A DNA stretch of 64,000 nt, taken from NCBI RefSeq assembly GCF_009914755.1, contig NC_060925.1. The stretch is one strand, 5' to 3'. Source of the DNA: the human T2T-CHM13v2.0 reference genome, Homo sapiens. Below the pieces are notes generated by a model that was not told where the DNA came from, made no database searches, and saw only the letters and a program-made list of their open reading frames with translations. The translations under genes were made by a program, and so were the position numbers. Positions within the stretch are counted from its first letter, which is position 1. Each line of letters starts with the position of its first letter. Shown here piece by piece: positions 31,782-47,900 of the stretch.

Positions 31782-32844
31782 AATGAACTCGAATGGAATC
31801 ATCATTGAATGGAATCGAATGGAATCATCGAGTGGAATCGAATGGAATTATGATCAAATGCAATCGAATGTAATCCTCATCAAATGGAATCAAAAATAAC
31901 CATCATCAATTGGTATTGAATGGAATTGTCATCAAATGGAATTCAAAGGAATCATCATCAAATGGAACCGAATGGAATCCTCATTGAATGGAAATGAAAG
32001 GGGTCATCATCTAATGGAATCGCATGGAATCATCATCAAATGGAATCGAATGGAATCATCATCAAATGGAATCTAATGGAATCATTGAACAGAATTGAAT
32101 GGAATCGTCATCGAATGAATTGAATGCAATCATCGAATGGTCTCGAATGGAATCATCTTCTAATGGAAAGGAATGGAATCATCGCATAGAATCGAATGGA
32201 ATTATCATTGAATGGAATCGAATGGTATCAACACCAAACGGAAAAAAACGGAATTATCGAATGGAATCGAAGAGAATCTTCGAACGGACCCGAATGGAAT
32301 CATCTAATGGAATGGAATGGAATAATCCATGGACTCGAATGCAATCATCATCGAATGGAATCGAATGGAATCATCGAATGGACACGAATGGAATAATCAT
32401 TGAACGGAATCGAATGGAATCATCATCGGATGGAAACGAATGGAATCATCATCGAATGGAAATGAAAGGAGTCATCATCTAATGGAATTCCATGGAATCA
32501 TCATAAAATGGAATCGAATGGAATCAACATCAAATCGAATCAAACGGAATCATTGAACAGAATTGAATGGAATCGTCATCGAATGAATTGACTGCAATCA
32601 TCGAATGGTCTCGAATGGAATCATCTTCAAATGGAATGGAATGGAATCATCGCATAGAATCGAATGGAATTATCACCGAATGGAATCGAATGGAATCAAC
32701 ATCAAACGGAAAAAAACGGAATTATCGAATGGAATCGAAGAGAATCATCGAATGGACCCGAATGGAATCATCTAATGGAATGGAATGGAATAATCCATGG
32801 ACTCGAATGCAATCATCATCGAATGGAATCGAATGGAATCATCG
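31782..32844. repeat. Short 1,063-bp monomer (second copy, identical junction)
   Basis: The same junction occurs at ~32845. Sub-unit a starts at 32099 and 33162. Confidence 0.9.
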
Positions 32845-35800
32845 AATGAACTCGAATGGAATCATCATTGAATGGAATCGAATGGAATCATCGAGTGGAA
32901 TCGAATGGAATTATGATCAAATGGAATCGAATGTAATCATCATCAAATGGAATCAAAAATAACCATCATCAATTGGTATTGAATGGAATTGTCATCAAAT
33001 GGAATTCAAAGGAATCATCATCAAATGGAACCGAATGGAATCCTCATTGAATGGAAATGAAAGGGGTCATCATCTAATGGAATCGCATGGAATCATCATC
33101 AAATGGAATCGAATGGAATCATCATCAAATGGAATCTAATGGAATCATTGAACAGAATTGAATGGAATCGTCATCGAATGAATTGAATGCAATCATCGAA
33201 TGGTCTCGAATGGAATCATCTTCTAATGGAAAGGAATGGAATCATCGCATAGAATCGAATGGAATTATCATCGAATGGAATCGAATGGTATCAACACCAA
33301 ACGGAAAAAAACGGAATTATCGAATGGAATCGAAGAGAATCTTCGAACGGACCCGAATGGAATCATCTAATGGAATGGAATGGAATAATCCATGGACTCG
33401 AATGCAATCATCATCGAATGGAATCGAATGGAATCATCGAATGGACTCGAATGGAATAATCATTGAACGGAATCGAATGGAATCATCATCGGATGGAAAC
33501 GAATGGAATCATCATCGAATGGAAATGAAAGGAGTCATCATCTAATGGAATTGCATGGAATCATCATCAAACGGAATCGAATGGAATCAACATCAAATGG
33601 AATCTAATGGAATCATTGAACAGAATTGAATGGAATCGTCATCGAATGAATTGACTGCAATCATCGAATGGTCTCGAATGGAATCATCTTCAAATGGAAT
33701 GGAATGGAATCATCGCATAGAATCGAATGGAATTATCATCGAATGGAATCGAATGGAATCAACATCAAACGGAAAAAAACGGAATTATCGAATGGAATCG
33801 AAGAGAATCATCGAATGGACCCGAATGGAATCATCTAATGGAATGGAATGGAATAATCCATGGACTCGAATGCAATCATCATCGAATGGAATCGAATGGA
33901 ATCATCGAGTGGACTCGAATGGAATAATCATTGAACGGAATCGAATGGAATCATCATCGGATGGAAATGAATGGAATCATCATCGAATGGAATCGAATAG
34001 AATTATGGAATGAAATCCAGTGTGATCATCATCGAATGGACCCGAATGGAATCATCATCCAACGGAAGCTAATGGAATCAACATCGAATGAATCAAATGG
34101 AAACACCATCGAATTGAAACGAATGGAATTATCATGAAATTGAAATGGATGGACTCATCATCGAATGGATTCGAATGGAATCATCGAATAAAATTGATTG
34201 AAATCATCATCGAATGGAATCGAATGGTATCATTGAATGGAATCGAATGGAATCATCATCAGATGGAAATGAATGGAATCGTCATAGAATGGAATCGAAT
34301 GGATTCATTGAATGGAATCAGATGGAATCATCGAATGGACTGGAATGGAATCATTGAATGGACTCGAAAGGTATCATGATTGAATGGAATTGAATGGAAT
34401 CATCGAATGGTCTCGATTGGAATCATTATCAAATGGAATCGAATGGAATCACCGAATAGAATCGAATGGAACAATCATCGAATGGACTCAAATGGAATTA
34501 TCCTCAAATGGAATCGAATGGAATTATCGAATGCAATCGAATGGAATTATCGAATGCAATCGAATAGAATCATCGAATGGACTCGAATGGAATCATCGAA
34601 TGGAATGGAATGGAACAGTCAATGAACTCGAATGGAATCATCATTGAATGGAATCGAATGGAATCATCAAGTGGAATCGAATGGAATTATGATCAAATGG
34701 AATCGAATGTAATCATCATCAAATGGAATCAAAAATAACCATCATCAATTGGTATTGAATGGAATTGTCATCAAATGGAATTCAAAGGAATCATCATCAA
34801 ATGGAACCGAATGGAATCCTCATTGAATGGAAATGAAAGGGGTCATCATCTAATGGAATCGCATGGAATCATCATCAAATGGAATCGAATGGAATCATCA
34901 TCAAATGGAATCTAATGGAATCATTGAACAGAATTGAATGGAATCGTCATCGAATGAATTGAATGCAATCATCGAATGGTCTCGAATGGAATCATCTTCT
35001 AATGGAAAGGAATGGAATCATCGCATAGAATCGAATGGAATTATCATCGAATGGAATTGAATGGTATCAACACCAAACGGAAAAAAACGGAATTATCGAA
35101 TGGAATCGAAGAGAATCTTCGAACGGACCCGAATGGAATCATCTAATGGAATGGAATGGAATAATCCATGGACTCGAATGCAATCATCATCGAATGGAAT
35201 CGAATGGAATCATCGAATGGACTCGAATGGAATAATCATTGAACGGAATCGAATGGAATCATCATCGGATGGAAACGAATGGAATCATCATCGAATGGAA
35301 ATGAAAGGAGTCATCATCTAATGGAATTGCATGGAATCATCATAAAATGGAATCGAATGGAATCAACATCAAATGGAATCAAATGGAATCATTGAACGGA
35401 ATTGAATGGAATCGTCATCGAATGAATTGACTGCAATCATCGAATGGTCTCGAATGGAATCATCTTCAAATGGAATGGAATGGAATCATCGCATAGAATT
35501 GAATGGAATTATCATCGAATGGAATGGAATGGAATCAACATCAAACGGAAAAAAACGGAATTATCGAATGGAATCGAACAGAATCATCGAATGGACCCGA
35601 ATGGAATCATCTAATGGAATGGAATGGAATAATCCATGGACTCGAATGCAATCATCATCCAATGGAATCGAATGGAATCATCGAATGGACTCGAATGGAA
35701 TAATCATTGAACGGAATCGAATGGAATCATCATCGGATGGAAATGAATGGAATCATCATCGAATGGAATCGAATAGAATTATGGAATGAAATCCAGTGTG

Positions 35801-38800
35801 ATCATCATCGAATGGACCCGAATGGAATCATCATCCAACGGAAGCTAATGGAATCAACATCGAATGAATCGAATGGAAACACCATCGAATTGAAACGAAT
35901 GGAATTATCATGAAATTGAAATGGAAGGACTCATCATCGAATGGATTCGAATGGAATCATCGAATAAAATTGATTGAAATCATCATCGAATGGAATCGAA
36001 TGGTATCATTGAATGGAATCGAATGGAATCATAATCAGATGGAAATGAATGGAATCGTCATAGAATGGAATCGAATGGATTCATTGAATGGAATCAGATG
36101 GAATCATCGAATGGACTGGAATGGAATCATTGAATGGACTTGAAAGGGATCATGATTGAATGGAATTGAATGGAATCATCGAATGGTCTCGATTGGAATC
36201 ATTATCAAATGGAATCGAATGGAATCACCGAATAGAATCGAATGGAACAATCATCGAATGGACTCAAATGGAATTATCCTCAAATGGAATCGAATGGAAT
36301 TATCGAATGCAATCGAATGGAATTATCGAATGCAATCGAATAGAATCATCGAATGGACTCGAATGGAATCATCGAATGGAATGGAATGGAACAGTCAATG
36401 AACACGAATGGAATCATCATTGAATGGAATCGAATGGAATCATCGAGTGGAATCGAATGGAATTATGATCAAATGGAATCGAATGTAATCATCATCAAAT
36501 GGAATCAAAAATAACCATCATCAATTGGTATTGAATGGAATTGTCATCAAATGGAATTCAAAGGAATCATCATCAAATGGAACCGAATGGAATCCTCATT
36601 GAATGGAAATGAAAGGGGTCATCATCTAATGGAATCGTATGGAATCATCATCAAATGGAATCGAATGGAATCATCATCAAATGGAATCTAATGGAATCAT
36701 TGAACAGAATTGAATGGAATCGTCATCGAATGAATTGAATGCAATCATCGAATGGTCTCGAATGGAATCATCTTCTAATGGAAAGGAATGGAATCATCGC
36801 ATAGAATCGAATGGAATTATCATCGAATGGAATCGAATGGTATCAACACCAAACGGAAAAAAACGGAATTATCGAATGGAATCGAAGAGAATCTTCGAAC
36901 GGACCCGAATGGAATCATCTAATGGAATGGAATGGAATAATCCATGGACTCGAATGCAATCATCATCGAATGGAATCGAATGGAATCATCGAATGGACTC
37001 GAATGGAATAATCATTGAAAGGAATCGAATGGAATCATCATCGGATGGAAACGAATGGAATCATCATCGAATGGAAATGAAAGGAGTCATCATCTAATGC
37101 AATTGCATGGAATCATCATCAAATGGAATCGAATGGAATCAACATCAAATGGAATCTAATGGAATCATTGAACGGAATTGAATGGAATCGTCATCGAATG
37201 AATTGACTGCAATCATCCAATGGTCTCGAATGGAATCATCTTCAAATGGAATGGAATGGAATCATCGCATAGAATCGAATGGAATTATCATCGAATGGAA
37301 TCGAATGGAATCAACATCCAACGGAAAAAAACGGAATTATCGAATGGAATCGAAGGGAATCATCGAATGGACCCGAATGGAATCATCTAATGGAATGGAA
37401 TGGAATAATCCATGGACTCGAATGCAATCATCATCGAATGGAATCGAATGGAATCATCGAGTGGACTCGAATGGAATAATCATTGAACGGAATCGAATGG
37501 AATCATCATCGGATGGAAATGAATGGAATCATCATCGAATGGAATCGAATAGAATTATGGAATGAAATCCAGTGTGATCATCATCGAATGGACCCGAATG
37601 GAATCATCATCCAACGGAAGCTAATGGAATCAACATCGAATGAATCAAATGGAAACACCATCGAATTGAAACGAATGGAATTATCATGAAATTGAAATGG
37701 ATGGACTCATCATCGAATGGATTCGAATGGAATCATCGAATAAAATTGATTGAAATCATCATCGAATGGAATCGAATGGTATCATTGAATGGAATCGAAT
37801 GGAATCATCATCAGATGGAAATGAATGGAATCGTCATAGAATGGAATCGAATGGATTCATTGAATGGAATCAGATGGAATCATCGAATGGACTGGAATGG
37901 AATCATTGAATGGACTCGAAAGGGATCATGATTGAATGGAATTGAATGGAATCATCGAATGGTCTCGATTGGAATCATTATCAAATGGAATCGAATGGAA
38001 TCACCGAATAGAATCGAATGGAACAATCATCGAATGGACTCAAATGGAATTATCCTCAAATGGAATGGAATGGAATTATCGAATGCAATCGAATGGAATT
38101 ATCGAATGCAATCGAATAGAATCATCGAATGGACTCGAATGGAATCATCGAATGGAATGGAATGGAACAGTCAATGAACTCGAATGGAATCATCATTGAA
38201 TGGAATCGAATGGAATCATCGAGTGGAATCGAATGGAATTATGATCAAATGGAATCGAATGTAATCATCATCAAATGGAATCAAAAATAACCATCATCAA
38301 TTGGTATTGAATGGAATTGTCATCAAATGGAATTCAAAGGAATCATCATCAAATGGAACCGAATGGAATCCTCATTGAATGGAAATGAAAGGGGTCATCA
38401 TCTAATGGAATCGCATGGAATCATCATCAAATGGAATCGAATGGAATCATCATCAAATGGAATCTAATGGAATCATTGAACAGAATTGAATGGAATGGTC
38501 ATCGAATGAATTGAATGCAATCATCGAATGGTCTCGAATGGAATCATCTTCTAATGGAAAGGAATGGAATCATCGCATAGAATCGAATGGAATTATCATC
38601 GAATGGAATCGAATGGTATCAACACCAAACGGAAAAAAACGGAATTATCGAATGGAATCGAAAAGAATCTTCGAACGGACCCGAATGGAATCATCTAATG
38701 GAATGGAATGGAATAATCCATGGACTCGAATGCAATCATCATCGAATGGAATCGAATGGAATCATCGAATGGACTCGAATGGAATAATCATTGAACGGAA

Positions 38801-38959
38801 TCGAATGGAATCATCATCGGATGGAAACGAATGGAATCATCATCGAAAGGAAATGAAAGGAGTCATCATCTAATGGAATTGCATGGAATCATCATAAAAT
38901 GGAATCGAATGGAATCAACATCAAATGGAATCAAATGGAATCATTGAACGGAATTGAAT

Positions 38960-41900
38960 GGAATCGTCATCAAATGAATTGACTGTAATCATCGAATGGT
39001 CTCGAATGTAATCAGATTCTAATGGAAAGGAATGGAATCATCGCATAGAATCGAATGGAATTAACATTGAATGGACTCGAATGGAATCAACATCAAACGG
39101 AATCAAGCGGAATTATCGAATGGAATCGAAGAGAATCATCGAATGGTCTCGAATGGAATCATCTTCTAATGGAAAGGAATGGAATCATCGCATAGAATCG
39201 AATGGAATTAACATTGAATGGACTCGAATGGAATCAACATCAAATGGAATCAAGCGGAATTATCGAATGAAATCGAAGAGAATCATCGAATGGACTCGAA
39301 TGGAATCATCTAATGGAATGGAATGGAATAATCCACGGACTCGAATGCAATCATCATCGTATAGAATCGAATGGAATCATCGAATGGACTCGAATGGAAT
39401 AACCATTGAACGGAAGCGAATGGAATCATCATCGGATGGAAACGAATGGAATCATCATCGAATGGAAATGTAAGGAGTCATCATCTAATGGAATTGCATG
39501 GAATCATCATAAAATGGAATCGAATGGAATCATCATCAAATGGAATCAAATGGAATCATTGAACGGAATTGAATGGAATCGTCATCGAATGAATTGAATG
39601 CAATCATCGAATGGTCTCGAATGGAATCATCTTCAAATGGAATGGAATGGAATCATCGCATAGAATCGAATGGAATTATCATCGAATGGAATCGAATGGT
39701 ATCAACATCAAACGGAAAAAAACGGAATTATCGAATGGAATCGAAGAGAATCTTCGAACGGACCCGAATGGAATCATCTAATGGAATGGAATGGAATAAT
39801 CCATGGACTCGAATGCAATTATCATCGAATGGAATCGAATGGAATCTTTGAATGGACTCGAATGGAATAATCATTGAACGGAATCGAATGGAATCATCAT
39901 CGGATGGAAACGAATGGAATCATCATCGAATGGAAATGAAAGGAGTCATCATCTAATGGAATTGCATGGAATCATCATAAAATGGAATCGAATGGAATCA
40001 ACATCAAATGGAATCAAATGGAATCATTGAACGGAATTGAATGGAATCGTCATCGAATGAATTGAATGCAATCATCGAATGGTCTCGAATGGAATCATCT
40101 TCAAATGGAATGGAATGGAATCATCGCATAGAATCGAATGGAATTATCATCGAATGGAATCGAATGGAATCAACATCAAACGGAAAAAAACGGAATTATC
40201 GAATGGAATCGAAGAGAATCATCGAATGGACCCGAATGGAATCATCTAATGGAATGGAATGGAATAATCCGTGGACTCAAATGCAATCATCATCGAATGG
40301 AATCGAATGGAATCATCGAATGGACTCAAATGGAATAATCATTGAACGGAATCGAATGGAATCATCATCGGATGGAAATGAATGGAATCATCATCGAATG
40401 GAATCGAATAGAATTATGGAATGAAATCCAGTGTGATCATCATCGAATGGACCCGAATGGAATCATCATCCAACAGAAGCTAATGGAATCAACATCGAAT
40501 GAATCGAATGCAAACACCATCGATTTCAAACGAATGGAATTACCATGAAATTGAAATGGATGGACTCATCATCGAATGGATTCGGATGGAATCATCGAAT
40601 AAAATTGATTGAAATCATCATCGAATGAAATCGAATGGTATCATTGAATGGAATCGAATGGAATCATCATCAGATGGAAATGAATGGAATCGTCATAGAA
40701 TGGAATCGAATGGATTCATTGAATGGAATCAGATGGAATCATCGAATGGACTGGAATGGAATCATTGAATGGACTCGAAAGGGATCATGATTGAATGGAA
40801 TTGAATGGAATCATCGAATGGTCTCGATTGGAATCATTATCAAATGGAATCGAATGGAATCACCGAATAGAATCGAATGGAACAATCATCGAATGGACTC
40901 AAATGGAATTATCCTTAAATGGAATCGAATGGAATTATCGAATGCAATCGAATAGAATCATCGAATGGACTCGAATGGAATCATCGAACGGAATGGAATG
41001 GAACAGTCAATGAACTCGAATGGAATCATCATTGAATGGAATCGAATGGAATCATCGAGTGCAATCGAATGGAATTATGATCAAATGGAATCGAATGTAA
41101 TCATCATCAAATGGAATCAAAAATAACCATCATCAATTGGTATTGAATGGAATTGTCATCAAATGGAATTCAAAGGAATCATCATCAAATGGAACCGAAT
41201 GGAATCCTCATTGAATGGAAATGAAAGGGGTCATCATCTAATGGAATCGCATGGAATCATCTTCAAATGGAATCGAATGGAATCATCATCAAATGGAATC
41301 TAATGGAATCATTGAACAGAATTGAATGGAATCGTCATCGAATGAATTGAATGCAATCATCGAATGGTCTCGAATGGAATCATCTTCTAATGGAAAGGAA
41401 TGGAATCATCGCATAGAATCGAATGGAATTATCATCGAATGGAATCGAATGGTATCAACACCAAACGGAAAAAAACGGAATTATCGAATGGAATCGAAGA
41501 GAATCTTCGAACGGACCCGAATGGAATCATCTAATGGAATGGAATGGAATAATCCATGGACTCGAATGCAATCATCATCGAATGGAATCGAATGGAATCA
41601 TCGAATGGACTCGAATGGAATAATCATTGAACGGAATCGAATGGAATCATCATCGGATGGAAACGAATGGAATCATCATCGAATGGAAATGAAAGGAGTC
41701 ATCATCTAATGGAATTGCATGGAATCATCATAAAATGGAATCGAATGGAATCAACATCAAATGGAATCAAATGGAATCATTGAACGGAATTGAATGGAAT
41801 CGTCATCAAATGAATTGACTGTAATCATCGAATGGTCTCGAATGTAATCAGATTCTAATGGAAAGGAATGGAATCATCGCATAGAATCGAATGGAATGAA

Positions 41901-44900
41901 CATTGAATGGACTCGAATGGAATCAACATCAAACGGAATCAAGCGGAATTATCGAATGGAATCGAAGAGAATCATCGAATGGTCTCGAATGGAATCATCT
42001 TCTAATGGAAAGGAATGGAATCATCGCATAGAATCGAATGGAATTAACATTGAATGGACTCGAATGGAATCAACATCAAATGGAATCAAGCGGAATTATC
42101 GAATGAAATCGAAGAGAATCATCGAATGGACTCGAATGGAATCATCTAATGGAATGGAATGGAATAATCCACGGACTCGAATGCAATCATCATCGTATAG
42201 AATCGAATGGAATCATCGAATGGACTCGAATGGAATAACCATTGAATGGAAGCGAATGGGATCATCATCGGATGGAAACGAATGGAATCATCATCGAATG
42301 GAAATGTAAGGAGTCATCATCTAATGGAATTGCATGGAATCATCATAAAATGGAATCGAATGGAATCATCATCAAATGGAATCAAATGGAATCATTGAAC
42401 GGAATTGAATGGAATCGTCATCGAATGAATTGAATGCAATCATCGAATGGTCTCGAATGGAATCATCTTCAAATGGAATGGAATGGAATCATCGCATAGA
42501 ATCGAATGGAATTATCATCGAATGGAATCGAATGGTATCAACATCAAACGGAAAAAAACGGAATTATCGAATGGAATCGAAGAGAATCTTCGAACGGACC
42601 CGAATGGAATCATCTAATGGAATGGAATGGAATAATCCATGGACTCGAATGCAATTATCATCGAATGGAATCGAATGGAATCTTTGAATGGACTCGAATG
42701 GAATAATCATTGAACGGAATCGAATGGAATCATCATCGGATGGAAACGAATGGAATCATCATCGAATGGAAATGAAAGGAGTCATCATCTAATGGAATTG
42801 CATGGAATCATCATAAAATGGAATCGAATGGAATCAACATCAAATGGAATCAAATGGAATCATTGAACGGAATTGAATGGAATCGTCATCGAATGAATTG
42901 AATGCAATCATCGAATGGTCTCGAATGTAATCATCTTCAAATGGAATGGAATGGAATCATCGCATAGAATCGAATGGAATTATCATCGAATGGAATCGAA
43001 TGGAATCAACATCAAACGGAAAAAAACGGAATTATCGAATGGAATCGAAGAGAATCATCGAATGGACACGAATGGAATCATCTAATGGAATGGAATGGAA
43101 TAATCCATGGACTCGAATGCAATCATCATCGAATGGAATCGAATGGAATCATCGAATGGACTCGAATGGAATAATCATTGAAGGGAATCGAATGGAATCA
43201 TCATCGGATGGAAATGAATGGAATCATCATCGAATGGAATCGAATAGAATTATGGAATGAAATCCAGTGTGATCATCATCGAATGGACCCGAATGGAATC
43301 ATCATCCAACGGAAGCTAATGGAATCAACATCGAATGAATCGAATGGAAACACCATCGAATTGAAACGAATGGAATTATCATGAAATTGAAATGGATGGA
43401 CTCATCATCGAATGGATTCGAATTGAATCATCGAATAAAATTGATTGAAATCATCATCGAATGGAATCGAATGGTATCATTGAATGGAATCGAAAGGAAT
43501 CATCATCAGATGGAAATGAATGGAATCGTCATAGAATGGAATCGAATGGATTCATTGAATGGAATCAGATGGAATCATCGAATGGACTGGAATGGAATCA
43601 TTGAATGGACTCGAAAGAGATCATGATTGAATGGAATTGAATGGAATCATCGAATGGTCTCGATTGGAATCATTATCAAATGGAATCGAATGGAATCACC
43701 GAATGGAATCGAATGGAACAATCATCGAATGGACTCAAATGGAATTATCCTCAAATGGAATCGAATGGAATTATCGAATGCAATCGAATGGAATTATCGA
43801 ATGCAATCGAATAGAATCATCGAAAGGACTCGAATGGAATCATCGAATGGAATGGAATGGAACAGTCAATGAACTCGAATGGAATCATCATTGAATGGAA
43901 TCGAATGGAATCATCGAGTGGAATCGAATGGAATTATGATCAAATGGAATCGAATGTAATCATCATCAAATGGAATCAAAAATAACAATCATCAATTGGT
44001 ATTGAATGGAATTGTCATCAAATGGAATTCAAAGGAATCATCATCAAATGGAACCGAATGGAATCCTCATTGAATGGAAATGAAAGAGGTCATCATCTAA
44101 TGGAATCGCATGGAATCATCATCAAATGGAATCGAATGGAATCATCATCAAATGGAATCTAATGGAATCATTGAACAGAATTGAATGGAATCGTCATCGA
44201 ATGAATTGAATGCAATCATCGAATGGTCTCGAATGGAATCATCTTCTAATGGAAAGGAATGGAATCATCGCATAGAATCGAATGGAATTATCATCGAATG
44301 GAATCGAATGGTATCAACACCAAACGGAAAAAAACGGAATTATCGAATGGAATCGAAAAGAATCTTCGAACGGACCCGAATGGAATCATCTAATGGAATG
44401 GAATGGAATAATCCATGGACTCGAATGCAATCATCATCGAATGGAATCGAATGGAATCATCGAATGGACTCGAATGGAATAATCATTGAACGGAATCGAA
44501 TGGAATCATCATCGGATGGAAACGAATGGAATCATCATCGAATGGAAATGAAAGGAGTCATCATCTAATGCAATTGCATGGAATCATCATCAAATGGAAT
44601 CGAATGGAATCAACATCAAATGGAATCTAATGGAATCATTGAACAGAATTGAATGGAATCGTCATCGAATGAATTGACTGCAATCATCGAATGGTCTCGA
44701 ATGGAATCATCTTCAAATGGAATGGAATGGAATCATCGAATAGAATCGAATGGAATTATCATCGAATGGAATCGAATGGAATCAACATCAAACGGAAAAA
44801 AACGGAATTATCGAATGGAATCGAAGAGAATCATCGAATGGACCCGAATGGAATCATCTAATGGAATGGAATGGAATAATCCATGGACTCGAATGCAATC

Positions 44901-47900
44901 ATCATCGAATGGAATCGAATGGAATCATCGAATGGACTCGAATGGAATAATCATTGAACGGAATCGAATGGAATCATCATCGGATGGAAATGAATAGAAT
45001 CATCATCGAATGGAATCGAATAGAATTATGGAATGAAATCCAGTGTGATCATCATCGAATGGACCCGAATGGAATCATCATCCAACAGAAGCTAATGGAA
45101 TCAACATCGAATGAATCGAATGGAAACACCATCGAATTCAAACGAATGGAATTACCATGAAATTGAAATGGATGGACTCATCATCGAATGGATTCGGATG
45201 GAATCATCGAATAAAATTGATTGAAATCATCATCGAATGAAATCGAATGGTATCATTGAATGGAATCGAATGGAATCATCATCAGATGGAAATGAATGGA
45301 ATCGTCATAGAATGGAATCGAATGGATTCATTGAATGGAATCAGATGGAATCATCGAATGGACTGGAATGGAATTATTGAATGGACTCGAAAGGGATCAT
45401 GATTGAATGGAATTGAATGGAATCATCGAATGGTCTCGATTGGAATCATTATCAAATGGAATCGAATGGAATCACCGAATAGAATCGAATGGAACAATCA
45501 TCGAATGGACTCAAATGGAATTATCCTTAAATGGAATCGAATGGAATTATCGAATGCAATCGAATAGAATCATCGAATGGACTCGAATGGAATCATCGAA
45601 CGGAATGGAATGGAACAGTCAATGAACTCGAATGGAATCATCATTGAATGGAATCGAATGGAATCATCGAGTGGAATCGAATGGAATTATGATCAAATGG
45701 AATCGAATGTAATCATCATCAAATGGAATCAAAAATAACCATCATCAATTGGTATTGAATGGAATTGTCATCAAATGGAATTCAAAGGAATCATCATCAA
45801 ATGGAACCGAATGGAATCCTCATTGAATGGAAATGAAAGGGGTCATCATCTAATGGAATCGCATGGAATCATCATCAAATGGAATCGAATGGAATCATCA
45901 TCAAATGGAATCTAATGGAATCATTGAACAGAATTGAATGGAATCGTCATCGAATGAATTGAATGCAATCATCGAATGGTCTCGAATGGAATCATCTTCT
46001 AATGGAAAGGAATGGAATCATCGCATAGAATCGAATGGAATTATCATCGAATGGAATCGAATGGTATCAACACCAAACGGAAAAAAACGGAATTATCGAA
46101 TGGAATCGAAGAGAATCTTCGAACGGACCCGAATGGAATCATCTAATGGAATGGAATGGAATAATCCATGGACTCGAATGCAATCATCATCGAATGGAAT
46201 CGAATGGAATCATCGAATGGACTCGAATGGAATAATCATTGAACGGAATCGAATGGAATCATCATCGGATGGAAACGAATGGAATCATCATCGAATGGAA
46301 ATGAAAGGAGTCATCATCTAATGGAATTGCATGGAATCATCATAAAATGGAATCGAATGGAATCAACATCAAATGGAATCAAATGGAATCATTGAACGGA
46401 ATTGAATGGAATCGTCATCGAATGAATTGACTGCAATCATCGAATGGTCTCGAATGTAATCAGATTCTAATGGAAAGGAATGGAATCATCGCATAGAATC
46501 GAATGGAATTAACATTGAATGGACTCGAATGGAATCAACATCAAACGGAAAAAAACGGAATTATCGAATGGAATCGAAGAGAATCATCGAATGGTCTCGA
46601 ATGGAATCATATTCTAATGGAAAGGAATGGAATTATCGCATAGAATCGAATGGAATTAACATTGAATGGACTCGAATGGAATCAACATCAAATGGAATCA
46701 AGCGGAATTATCGAATGAAATCGAAGAGAATCATCGAATGGACTCGAATGGAATCATCTAATGGAATGGAATGGAATAATCCACGGACTCGAATGCAATC
46801 ATCATCGTATAGAATCGAATGGAATCATCGAATGGACTCGAATGGAATAACCATTGAACGGAAGCGAATGGAATCATCATCGGATGGAAACGAATGGAAT
46901 CATCATCGAATGGAAATGTAAGGAGTCATCATCTAATGGAATTGCATGGAATCATCATAAAATGGAATCGAATGGAATCATCATCAAATGGAATCAAATG
47001 GAATCATTGAACGGAATTGAATGGAATCGTCATCGAATGAATTGAATGCAATCATCGAATGGTTTCGAATGGAATCATCTTCAAATGGAATGGAATGGAA
47101 TCATCGCATAGAATCGAATGGAATTATCATCGAATGGAATCGAATGGTATCAACATCAAACGGAAAAAAACGGAATTATCGAATGGAATCGAAGAGAATC
47201 TTCGAACGGACCCTAATGGAATCATCTAATGGAATGGAATGGAATAATCAATGGACTCGAATGCAATTATCATCAAATGGAATCGAATGGAATCTTTGAA
47301 TGGACTCGAATGGAATAATCATTGAACGGAATCGAATGGAATCATCATCGGATGGAAACGAATGGAATCATCATCGAATGGAAATGAAAGGAGTCATCAT
47401 CTAATGGAATTGCATGGAATCATCATAAAATGGAATCGAATGGAATCAACATCAAATGGAATCAAATGGAATCATTGAACGGAATTGAATGGAATCGTCA
47501 TCGAATGAATTGAATGCAATCATCGAATGGTCTCGAATGGAATCATCTTCAAATGGAATGGAATGGAATCATCGCATAGAATCGAATGGAATTATCATCG
47601 AATGGAATCGAATGGAATCAACATCAAACGGAAAAAAACGGAATTATCGAATGGAATCGAAGAGAATCATCGAATGGACCCGAATGGAATCATCTAATGG
47701 AATGGAATGGAATAATCCATGGACTCGAATGCAATCATCATCGAATGGAATCGAATGGAATCATCGAATGGACTCGAATGGAATAATCATTGAAGGGAAT
47801 CGAATGGAATCATCATCGGATGGAAATGAATGGAATCATCATCGAATGGAATCGAATAGAATTATGGAATGAAATCCAGTGTGATCATCATCGAATGGAC

